Shown piece after piece: positions 16,632-23,995 of a stretch of 23,995 nt of DNA (its first letter is position 1; every line of letters begins with the position of its first letter). The notes below the pieces were generated by a model. That model searched no databases. It worked only from the letters and a program-made list of their open reading frames with translations, and had not been told where the DNA came from. The stretch is from the NCBI GenBank assembly GCA_964454175.1, contig CAYVSA010000021.1:1-23995 (forward strand), written 5' to 3'. Source of the DNA: an uncultured Pseudomonadota bacterium. GTDB lineage: Bacteria; BMS3Abin14. Both the position numbers and the translations under genes were made by a program.

Positions 16632-16997
16632 ATGGATAAGAAAGTCCTGCTCGTAGTTGATGACAGTGTGGGGATTGTCGAGAGCATGAACGTTCTGTTC
16701 AGCGACGATTTTGAAGTGTTTTCTGCAGCCACCGTTACCGAGGCACTGGGTATTTTGGAAAAGATACAGCCGGATATGATCCTTCTTGACTACCTGATGC
16801 CCGGTTTAAATGGGGTTCACCTTTTGCGGGAGATCCGGCAGATGAAAATGGCGTCCAAGGTCATTCTGGTCACCGCGTCAGTTTGGGAGGGAGTTAAAGA
16901 GGAGGTCATGAGTCTGGGCGTAGATGGTTTCGTCCGAAAACCTTTTGACATATGGGAGCTCGAGGCCATTGCAAGGGGTATTCTTGCTGTAGCCTGA
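16632..16997 (+). CDS. Single-domain response regulator (receiver only)
   Basis: MDKKVLLVVDD, LLDYLMPGLNG, VTAS, FVRKPF; SD AAGGAGG supports ATG 16632. Confidence 0.9.
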   Translation: MDKKVLLVVDDSVGIVESMNVLFSDDFEVFSAATVTEALGILEKIQPDMILLDYLMPGLNGVHLLREIRQMKMASKVILVTASVWEGVKEEVMSLGVDGFVRKPFDIWELEAIARGILAVA

Positions 16998-17093
16998 GCG
17001 GTTCATGTTTGACAGGTGCTTGGTTGGGGGACCGGATAGTGCAGCATTACTTTGAATTCACTTTAGATGCCTGGGACATCTTGGGAGATCTTG

Positions 17094-17498
17094 ATGAAGT
17101 ACAGCATCCTGGACAAAAAAGAATACTGCAAAGGCAGGAAGGTGCTTATAGTCGATGACAATCCGGATGTTCTTTGGCTCCTTGACGACCTGTTGAAGCG
17201 GAGCCTGGAAGTTCAGGTTGCTACTGCGGAAAATGGTAAAATTGCACTGGAAACAGCAAGAGAAGTCCAGCCGGACCTTATCCTCATGGACCTTATGATG
17301 CCCGTCATGAACGGTCTGGAAGCTATACAAGAGATAAAGGGCGATGAGAATCTCAGCAGTGTACCTGTTCTGGCTTTTACCGCACTCATTAACACCTTCC
17401 AGCGGGATGAGGTCATGGAGCATGGCTTTGAGGAATGCCTTGAAAAGCCTCTTGATTTTGACGAACTGAAGAATATGGTTTTCAGGTACCTTACCTGA
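17094..17498 (+). CDS. Single-domain response regulator (receiver only)
   Basis: KVLIVDDN, LMDLMMPVMNG, FTA, LEKPL; GGGAG before ATG 17094 (17067 is the alternative start). Confidence 0.88.
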   Translation: MKYSILDKKEYCKGRKVLIVDDNPDVLWLLDDLLKRSLEVQVATAENGKIALETAREVQPDLILMDLMMPVMNGLEAIQEIKGDENLSSVPVLAFTALINTFQRDEVMEHGFEECLEKPLDFDELKNMVFRYLT

Positions 17499-17649
17499 TG
17501 GAAACTAACGCAGCCGCTTAAAGAGTCCGCCACCAGGAAAGCAGTGTCATTTGTTAAGGATAAACTTCGAGTTGGGAACCTTCGAGGTAAGCTGGGGGCT
17601 CACCAAAGAATGTACCAGGGACGAAGATACGGGATTGGTTTGAGGGAGC

Positions 17650-19017
17650 TCAGGGTGTATTGGTAAATTCCAGAACCTTGACCGTAACTTCCTTGCTGTC
17701 CAGCGGCGGGTTCTCCATAACCATGAGGAATGGGATGCTGCCGCCGGGGGGGATCGAAGCATTACTCAGGGACTGCCCGAGTTCGTTGTTCATCGCTGAA
17801 CGTATTTCGGGAAGCCCCAGTTCCCCGAGTTCCACGTCGGTAAAGAGGTTCCCGCAAAAAGATTCGATCTTCGCGAGCTCCTGACCGTCTTCACGTTTGA
17901 ATATAGCCTGAACCTTGATAATGCCTTTATTTACCGAGAAACCGTTCGTCACCCGCCCGCGAATTGTTGCCAGGATGGCCCCGTCACTGCGTTTTAGGGT
18001 CCCCACTGTAATATTCTCAACTGCCATATTCTCGGCAATCTCTGCTGACCTGGATGGTATAAGAGCCTTGATGGAAGGGTAGTTGTAGTATCCGGCAGCC
18101 AGCAAGAGCACAAGAAGGAGAAACAACCGAAGTCCCTTTGAGCTCTTACGGGGAGAAGAAGGTTTCGCATCGGGTTTCTTTCGTACCTTTGTAGATGGTT
18201 CAACGTAGTTTGCCGGCTCCTCCTCCCCTTTGTCAGGATCGTCCGGATCATCAGGCAGGAGATCAGGCGCCGGTGTTGTGATGCCTAAAGTACCTGAATC
18301 ATCCTCAACCGGCTCGCTCTGGTCCAGGGAGATGTTTCCCCAATCCATGGATCCCGGTGTCTGAGTGGCAGACTGCTGATCTGTCTGGACATCCACACCG
18401 GGAGGTTCAGGTTCACTGCCAAGTCCACGGAGGGGCGTGAGGCCGGGCTCATCGAGAGCAGGGTGCGACTCGGGGCCTGGATCCGGTTTGTCTGGAGGCG
18501 AGAGTTCACCGGGTACATCTTCGTCGTGATCGGGAGGAGCCGGGATGGGCGGTTCTTCTACTGGTTTGTCTCCTTCGGACCCGCCGGCTGGTGTTCCGAA
18601 TTCCGGGGTGGCGGGTACAAAAGATTCTTCGCCAGGCTCACCTATCAGCGAACTCAACGCATCGTCAATGTCAGAATCATCTGAAGATTCCCCCCCCGGC
18701 GCTCCAGATTCTGGAGGGCTGACCACAGGCGGTACTGGTGCATCAGGTTCCGGCAGTGGTTCTTCTGCGGGTCCGGGCCCCTTGTTATCTTCCACAGCTG
18801 AAGCCGATGGTTCCCGGAGGTCAGGCGTGTCGTCTGGAGAGGGTATCTCGCTGGGGAGCTGCGGGTCGAGTGCAGGGGATTTTGAGGGCTCAGGAGCAGG
18901 CAGCTTGACGACGAACACATTCTTGCACTTGGCACAACGGACCTTTATACCCTGAGGGAGTATCTTCTCCTCAGCGATCCTGTACTTTGAGCTGCAGCTG
19001 TCGCATTGTACTATCAA
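17650..19017 (-). CDS. Zinc-ribbon (MJ0042-type) protein with acidic Pro-rich linker, TM helix and DUF3426-like C-terminal domain
   Basis: MIVQCDSCSSKYRI...KVRCAKCKNVF; long P/E/D-rich region; TM LFLLLVLLLAAGYY; C-terminal IRGRVTN...IPPGGSIPFLMV. Confidence 0.85.
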   Translation of the reverse strand: MIVQCDSCSSKYRIAEEKILPQGIKVRCAKCKNVFVVKLPAPEPSKSPALDPQLPSEIPSPDDTPDLREPSASAVEDNKGPGPAEEPLPEPDAPVPPVVSPPESGAPGGESSDDSDIDDALSSLIGEPGEESFVPATPEFGTPAGGSEGDKPVEEPPIPAPPDHDEDVPGELSPPDKPDPGPESHPALDEPGLTPLRGLGSEPEPPGVDVQTDQQSATQTPGSMDWGNISLDQSEPVEDDSGTLGITTPAPDLLPDDPDDPDKGEEEPANYVEPSTKVRKKPDAKPSSPRKSSKGLRLFLLLVLLLAAGYYNYPSIKALIPSRSAEIAENMAVENITVGTLKRSDGAILATIRGRVTNGFSVNKGIIKVQAIFKREDGQELAKIESFCGNLFTDVELGELGLPEIRSAMNNELGQSLSNASIPPGGSIPFLMVMENPPLDSKEVTVKVLEFTNTP

Positions 19018-19130
19018 GATATTTTATTCGCGGCCTGATGTTGCGGGTTGAAAAACATTATCGTTCGGGGCTTTCGCCGGCCTCGCCGGGAAGTAGCCCT
19101 GGACCCTGTTTCTGGATTTAATCCAGAAAG

Positions 19131-19159
19131 AGTATATATAATGTATAAACCTCCATCAA
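19131..19159 (-). promoter_or_regulatory. Putative sigma70 promoter for the zinc-ribbon gene
   Basis: Minus strand TTGATG (19159-19154), 17-nt spacer, TATACT (19136-19131). Confidence 0.55.
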
Positions 19160-19220
19160 GTCAAAGAATACACAGGCAGCCGCACGAAAATCACAGGATT
19201 ACTGTGAAAGGAGAAAGAAG

Positions 19221-20024
19221 ATGTCGGAAACTTTAACTCCCGCGTCCCTGGACATCCACCTGCTTCAATTTGCGATCGCACCCGGGGAGGTGGACAGGAA
19301 TCTGGCCACAGCTGACCGTTTACTGGAAAGTGTTGAAACGTCCAGGGGAGATGTGGTCCTTTTTCCCGAAATGTTTTCTTCAGGGTTCTATTACAGGGAC
19401 CTTGCTGCCATGGCGGACCTTTCAGGAGGAGTATTGAAGTGGATGGCAGAAAGATCAAAGCAGCTGGGTGTATTTATGGCAGGATCTTTACCGGTAAAGC
19501 GCGAGGATGGCATAGTCAACGCTATGGTCCTTTGCTCAGATAAGGGTGCCGTGGCAGGTTCCTACGACAAAGTGCACCTCTTTCCCCTGGCGGGAGAAGA
19601 CATGGCCTTTATCCCAGGCAGCACTACCGTAATTCTTGACTGTGCCGGGCTAAGGATCGGGTTATTAGTGTGTTTTGATCTGCGGTACCCTGAGATCTCG
19701 CGAAAGCTGTGCCTGGATGGTGCACAGCTGATCCTTGTTTCTGCCCAGTGGCCGGCTGCCAGAGTAGAGCATTTTTTTGAACTTGTGCGTGTCAGAGCTA
19801 TGGAAAATCAGCTGTTTGTAGCCGCGGCCAACGCCTGTGGGGATGATGGGTCCGGCCTTGTGCTGGGCGGCAGGAGTCTGTGCGCGGATCCAATGGGAGA
19901 AGTGAAGGGTGCTCTCGCAGAAAGTGAGGGGGTGCTGAGTGTTGCCCTGGTCCCGAGTGAGGTTGAAAGGATCAGGAAGGATTTTCCCGTACTGAACAGG
20001 AGAATGCCATGGGTTTACAAATGA
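19221..20024 (+). CDS. Carbon-nitrogen hydrolase (nitrilase superfamily, Nit/omega-amidase-like)
   Basis: Triad motifs FPEMF (E), YDKVHLF (K), VCFDLRYPE (C); RAMENQ; SD AAGGAG. Confidence 0.92.
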   Translation: MSETLTPASLDIHLLQFAIAPGEVDRNLATADRLLESVETSRGDVVLFPEMFSSGFYYRDLAAMADLSGGVLKWMAERSKQLGVFMAGSLPVKREDGIVNAMVLCSDKGAVAGSYDKVHLFPLAGEDMAFIPGSTTVILDCAGLRIGLLVCFDLRYPEISRKLCLDGAQLILVSAQWPAARVEHFFELVRVRAMENQLFVAAANACGDDGSGLVLGGRSLCADPMGEVKGALAESEGVLSVALVPSEVERIRKDFPVLNRRMPWVYK

Positions 20025-20027
20025 TAC

Positions 20028-21287
20028 TTAGCTTTCCCGGGAAAGCTTTTCCATCTTCCTGGCAGCTTCGGTAAAAGAAGGGTTTATTTCCAGGGCCCGG
20101 TTGTAGGACTCGGATGCCTGGTCAACTTTGCCAAGTGCTGCCAGGACGTCCCCCCTCAGGCAAAGGGCGTCTGCAAACTGCGAATTGTCAGCAAGAATTA
20201 TTTCCAGTTCCTCAAAGGCCCTGGAATAATCGTCCGTTTTGATGTATGCCCTTGCCAGGTCAAGGCGCGCGTCGGTCAGGTCCGGGTTCAGGGTAAGGGC
20301 CCGCTTCAGCTCCAGAACAGCTTCCTGGAAGTTCCCCAGTTTTAACAGGGTTTTGCCGAACATGGCCACGAGGTCAGGCCACTGTGGGTTTTTGCCTATA
20401 AGTCTTCTCATTATATCGGCGGCTTCGGAGTAAAGTCCATCCCTCACCATGGCCGAAGCGAGGACCATCTCACCATCAGCCACATCAGGCAGATTCTTTA
20501 ACTCCATCCTCCTGCTGGACCCCAGCATCCAGATGGCAAGCCCGAAAAACAGGGCCATTGCCAGCATTGACGCGATCAGCCCTGGCAGGAATGAACCGAT
20601 CCTTTTTAATGAATCGGTCTTTTCAATATTTTCGCCAGCGCTTCTTTTGGGATTGATGATAGAGCTTATATTCAGGAAACTGGCCAGTTCGCCGATGTCC
20701 CTGCTCTCTGGTTCGGGAGGTAAAAATTCTGTGATGCTGAACGAGGCAAGTTCAATTTTTCTCTCGTCGTTCTGCAGCGCCAGGATACCCACACCGGGAG
20801 CAAGCCATATGTAACCCTGGTAGATGGGGTCAGAAACCTTCCTGTAGCCGATTTTGAAGGTCCCCGGATAGTAACCCGCCGGGACCGTGTAGTTGACCCT
20901 GTCCATAACCGTGAAGGACATGGGCTCCTCGCCCCACGGGGAGATCCACGTATCACCTTCGTGAAGGGGCAGCCTGAGAAGGAGGGTGGGAACTGCCGGT
21001 GTGTCCTCAAGGGGGTTTCCTGGCAGTACGTCGAATCTGTATAGTGAGTCTTTGGTCCGTAAAAAATAAAAAGGTTTCTTCAAGCCGGTGATCATTTCGC
21101 TGAAGGTGATCCCCGACACTGTGAGAGTACGGTTCACCATAAGAGATTCGCCGCCGCTTGTGTCGCTTGTGTAGATCCAGTGACTGCCAGGGTTAAGGGG
21201 GAATACATCGGTAGTCGCCGTAACGACGGCTGGTTCAATGGCTGAGATTGCAAGGATAAAAAATATAGTGTGTAATAGGCGAAGCAT
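20028..21287 (-). CDS. Membrane-anchored tetratricopeptide-repeat protein with exported N-terminal domain
   Basis: Signal peptide; FPLNPGSHWIY...TVPAG...WLAPGVG beta-rich domain; central TM; C-terminal TPRs (ELKRALTLNPD, YNRALEINPSF). Confidence 0.8.
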   Translation of the reverse strand: MLRLLHTIFFILAISAIEPAVVTATTDVFPLNPGSHWIYTSDTSGGESLMVNRTLTVSGITFSEMITGLKKPFYFLRTKDSLYRFDVLPGNPLEDTPAVPTLLLRLPLHEGDTWISPWGEEPMSFTVMDRVNYTVPAGYYPGTFKIGYRKVSDPIYQGYIWLAPGVGILALQNDERKIELASFSITEFLPPEPESRDIGELASFLNISSIINPKRSAGENIEKTDSLKRIGSFLPGLIASMLAMALFFGLAIWMLGSSRRMELKNLPDVADGEMVLASAMVRDGLYSEAADIMRRLIGKNPQWPDLVAMFGKTLLKLGNFQEAVLELKRALTLNPDLTDARLDLARAYIKTDDYSRAFEELEIILADNSQFADALCLRGDVLAALGKVDQASESYNRALEINPSFTEAARKMEKLSRES

Positions 21288-21355
21288 TCAGTAGGGCCCC
21301 TCCTCCGGGTACTCTTAATAGCATAACAGGGAACTGGTGCAAAGGACATGTTGAA

Positions 21356-21853
21356 ATGCGGATCATGGTTGACGGTTACAATCTGATAAGGCGGGTGCCC
21401 GAGCTGGCCATGGCAGACAGGCAGGACCTGGAAGAGGGCAGAAACGCACTGATAGAATCGCTGGCACAGTACCGGGCTGGTACGGGACACAAGTTGACGA
21501 TCGTCTTTGACGGGGCCGGTTCCTGGCATCAGAGCAGCCGGGGAGAAAAGGTCAGGGGTATGACGGTGATCTACTCCAGGCAGGGCAAATCTGCTGATGA
21601 AGTTATTGTTGAGATGTGCCGGGATGGAAAGGCGGATGTTCTGGTAACAGCCGATGTTCCTCTGCAAAAAAGAGCAGAATCAGCAGGTGTGGTATGTGCC
21701 TACCCCGAGCGTATGTGGGACAGGGTTCAGGAGGAAGTTATCAGGAAGCTCAAGGGTCTTGAGCCCGAAGACGACCTGCCGGCACCGGTCAGGACGGGAA
21801 GGAAACTCAAGAAAAAAGATCGCCGCGCCAGGAATCTCCTGTCCAGGCTATAA
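21356..21853 (+). CDS. NYN-domain protein, YacP/Rae1-like ribonuclease
   Basis: IMVDGYNLI, IVFDG, SADEVI, VTAD acidic PIN/NYN motifs; basic C-terminus. Confidence 0.88.
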   Translation: MRIMVDGYNLIRRVPELAMADRQDLEEGRNALIESLAQYRAGTGHKLTIVFDGAGSWHQSSRGEKVRGMTVIYSRQGKSADEVIVEMCRDGKADVLVTADVPLQKRAESAGVVCAYPERMWDRVQEEVIRKLKGLEPEDDLPAPVRTGRKLKKKDRRARNLLSRL

Positions 21854-22441
21854 GCGGCTCCTGAATGAGACTCTCTTTTCCGTCCCATCCAGGATGCGTC
21901 CAATATTCTGTCTGTGCTTCACAGTGAGCAGGGCAGCAGCCCCGAGGCAGAAAAGGGTGAGTCCCCCACTGCCGGAGAACCATGCGAAAAGGGGGCTGAC
22001 AATGGCTGCTGCTATTGCTCCGGCCGAAGAGTATCGCGTAATTCCTACAACCGCTACCCAGACGATCACACATAAGCCGGCAACTGGTGGGCTCAGGACG
22101 AAGAGAGACCCGATAGTAGTCGCTACGCCCTTGCCCCCCTTAAAGTGCAGAAACAAGGAAAAATCGTGGCCGACAATTGCGGCAGCACCGGCAAAGAGCA
22201 TGACATCGGGGAATGAAGGAAAGAACAATTTTGCAAGTACCACAGGGATCACGCCCTTGAGCACATCCCCGGCTAGAGTAGCGGCGGCGGCGCCAGCCCC
22301 AAGAGTTCTAAGGACGTTTGTAGCGCCTATATTCCCCGAACCCCCGGTCCTGGGATCGGCGCCTCCGGTCAGGCGGGCAATTATTACGCCCGAGGGAATC
22401 GAACCGATAAAGTAGGAAAGTATGATCAGAATCAGTTTCAT
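21848..22441 (-). CDS. plsY: Glycerol-3-phosphate acyltransferase PlsY
   Basis: YFIGSIP, GSGNIGATNVLR, DVLKG, GHDFS, FKGGKGVAT, KHRQNIGRILDGTE. Confidence 0.96.
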   Translation of the reverse strand: MKLILIILSYFIGSIPSGVIIARLTGGADPRTGGSGNIGATNVLRTLGAGAAAATLAGDVLKGVIPVVLAKLFFPSFPDVMLFAGAAAIVGHDFSLFLHFKGGKGVATTIGSLFVLSPPVAGLCVIVWVAVVGITRYSSAGAIAAAIVSPLFAWFSGSGGLTLFCLGAAALLTVKHRQNIGRILDGTEKRVSFRSRL

Positions 22442-22485
22442 TGAACCAGAAGGCCCTCCTGTGGCTCACTTATCCAGGACTTAAA

Positions 22486-22520
22486 TTTAACTTTAAACTT
22501 TCGACTTTAAACTTTCAACT
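22486..22520. repeat. Five tandem heptamers TTNNACT
   Basis: TTTAACT TTAAACT TTCGACT TTAAACT TTCAACT. Confidence 0.8.
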
Positions 22521-22542
22521 GCCAGGGGAATGTGTCAGCACT

Positions 22543-22578
22543 GGGGCAAATTTCGCGCATGGGGGCAAAATATGCGCT
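22543..22578. promoter_or_regulatory. Tandem candidate enhancer sites for a different sigma54 activator
   Basis: GGGGCAAATTTCGCGCA (22543-22559) and GGGGCAAAATATGCGCT (22562-22578); 19-bp period; each pseudo-palindromic. Confidence 0.55.
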
Positions 22579-22638
22579 GCCAGGCCACAGGCTGTTATGT
22601 AACATGTTGTAATTAAATGGATTTTTAATATACGCAGA

Positions 22639-22654
22639 TGGCATATCATTTGCT
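22639..22654 (+). promoter_or_regulatory. Sigma54 -24/-12 promoter upstream of the TlpA gene
   Basis: TGGCATATCATTTGCT: GG 22640-22641, 10 nt, GC 22652-22653; preceded by AT-rich IHF-like TAACATGTTGTAA. Confidence 0.8.
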
Positions 22655-22839
22655 ATAAACTGTAGTTGTCCAGTTTCTGAAAATACAGTTGTCATGAAGA
22701 AAGGATCTATTCTGGCACCACAACGCAAACCGCACTTATTAATTAATTGTCTTAATATTATTCCTGCCAGGTATTTCATAATTATCAACGGCTGTTTGAG
22801 ACCTTCAGTCTGGCGGTCATTGTGGAGAGGGCCGATAAA

Positions 22840-23331
22840 GTGAAGAGGGTCATCGCCCTTTCATTCCTGCTCCTGATTGTAGCTGCATGTGCCAGGCCGG
22901 ACGTGGACCAGGAACCGGTCACCGGCGGCGCACCCGATCTCCTGCTGCGGTCCGTGGACGGGACAACCTTGAATCTGTCAGACTACCGCGGCAAGGTAAT
23001 ACTGGTGGATTTCTGGGCTACATGGTGTCCGCCCTGCCAGAGGATGGTTCCTGAACTTGTGGCCCTGTATGAAAAATATGCGTCCCGCGGTCTTGTGGTC
23101 ATTGGCGTCGCCCTGGACCGTGAAGGTGCACAGGTGGTGGAGCCTTTCGTGAAGAAGAACGGGGTAAATTACCTGGTGGCGCTGGGTGATATGGACACGG
23201 CAGGGGCCTTCGGCGGTATTTCCAGCATCCCTGCAACATTCATAATCGACAGGGAAGGCAGGCTTGTCAGAAAGCTTACTGGTTATCACTCGCAGCGCGA
23301 GCTTGCCGGGCAGGTTAAAAAATATCTCTAA
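22840..23331 (+). CDS. TlpA/ResA-like thiol-disulfide oxidoreductase lipoprotein
   Basis: MKRVIALSFLLLIVAAC lipobox; DFWATWCPPC; SIPATFIIDREG; GTG 22840 preferred over 22822. Confidence 0.9.
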   Translation: MKRVIALSFLLLIVAACARPDVDQEPVTGGAPDLLLRSVDGTTLNLSDYRGKVILVDFWATWCPPCQRMVPELVALYEKYASRGLVVIGVALDREGAQVVEPFVKKNGVNYLVALGDMDTAGAFGGISSIPATFIIDREGRLVRKLTGYHSQRELAGQVKKYL

Positions 23332-23447
23332 ACGGACACGTCCCGGGACCAGAGAAATTCTGTTAGGGTTTTAGTTAGAAAACAAAGGGTTGGAAATTAA
23401 ATACTGCATACTGTATTAATCACCTTACTATCCTGTGGAGGAGATTT

Positions 23448-23995
23448 ATGGACAGCAAGAAAACCGTGGTTATCGCAGTTGCCGGAATTGTGGTGGGGCT
23501 CATGGTGGGCATACTGGGGCCGAAAATGTTCTCCGGCGGCACCAGAAATGTTGCGGTAGTTCCTCAGAGCCAGTTCCCTGCGGCTCCCGCGCAGGCGCCC
23601 GTGAAGGATTACTCCCTGAAAATTACCGAGCTCAAAAGGATATTGGACAAAAATCCCAACGACGTTGGGACACTGGTCCAGCTGGGTAACACTTACTTTG
23701 ACAGCAACAATTACCCTGAATCCATCGAGGCCTACGAAAAGGCCCTTGCCCTGAAGCCGGGTAACCCCGATGTCCTGACCGACCTTGGTGTAATGTACCG
23801 GAGGAACGGCCAGGCGGGAGAGGCAGTTCTGCGGTTCAGGAAAGCCGCAAAGGCTGCCCCTGATCACTTCCAGAGCAGGTTCAATCTGGGTATCGTACTC
23901 TTTTACGACCTCAAAGACATTGATGGTGCCAGGGAGGCATTCCAGGATTTTCTCAGGGTCGCTCCCCCCGGATCCCAGGCGGATAATGTCAGGGG
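23448..23995 (+). CDS. Membrane-anchored TPR protein (partial; possibly cytochrome c maturation-associated)
   Basis: Not in ORF track (no stop in window); manual translation MDSKKTVVIAVAGIVVGLMVGILG...LVQLGNTYFDSNNYPESIEAYEKALALKPGNPDVLTDLGVMYRR...SRFNLGIVLFYDLKD; SD GGAGGAG. Confidence 0.88.
   Translation, partial: MDSKKTVVIAVAGIVVGLMVGILGPKMFSGGTRNVAVVPQSQFPAAPAQAPVKDYSLKITELKRILDKNPNDVGTLVQLGNTYFDSNNYPESIEAYEKALALKPGNPDVLTDLGVMYRRNGQAGEAVLRFRKAAKAAPDHFQSRFNLGIVLFYDLKDIDGAREAFQDFLRVAPPGSQADNVR

Noticed and set aside
17499-17649. Possible 6S RNA, tRNA or other ncRNA between convergent genes
   Set aside because: Only a small imperfect hairpin (CTTCGAG...TTCGAGG); no cloverleaf or long closing stem that I can support.
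22713-22728. TGGCACCACAACGCAA as another sigma54 promoter
   Set aside because: GG to GC spacing is 9 nt rather than the required 10.
22693-22843. Small ORF MKKGSILAPQRKPH... behind the third sigma54 promoter
   Set aside because: No SD, signal peptide or recognisable motif.
392-23867. Many antisense or alternate-frame ORFs in the track (e.g. 392-1195, 5300-5914, 12902-13567, 21654-22415, 23397-23867)
   Set aside because: Shadows of well-supported genes, with no motifs of their own.

Overview
Bacterial chromosomal window whose gene content resembles an anaerobic deltaproteobacterium (taxonomy is inference). Housekeeping and energy genes: Rho-N-domain protein (partial), TIGR01212-type radical SAM, hflX, receiver-PilZ regulator, two tandem multiheme c-type cytochromes, engB, nfnAB, polyprenyl synthase, AMMECR1 protein, zinc-ribbon/DUF3426-like protein, C-N hydrolase, TPR proteins, NYN/YacP, plsY, TlpA. 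The standout is 10982-17498. An NtrC-family sigma54 activator is followed by TGCACA-N6-TGTGCA enhancer palindromes, a correctly spaced sigma54 promoter, and a 31-aa ORF missing from the ORF track (MKRIIATLTLTALTVIGLASVALA|CGGGGGL: signal peptide plus 7-residue tail) with its own terminator. Next come an orphan OppA-like peptide-binding protein, a membrane sensor kinase, a second copy of the same enhancer plus sigma54 promoter, and two stand-alone receivers. This looks like a self-contained, autoinducing secreted-peptide signalling circuit in a diderm bacterium; the function is inferred, not shown. Also notable: probable non-canonical starts for hflX (ATC) and its neighbour (CTG), a structured leader before nfnA, and a third sigma54 promoter with a different enhancer.
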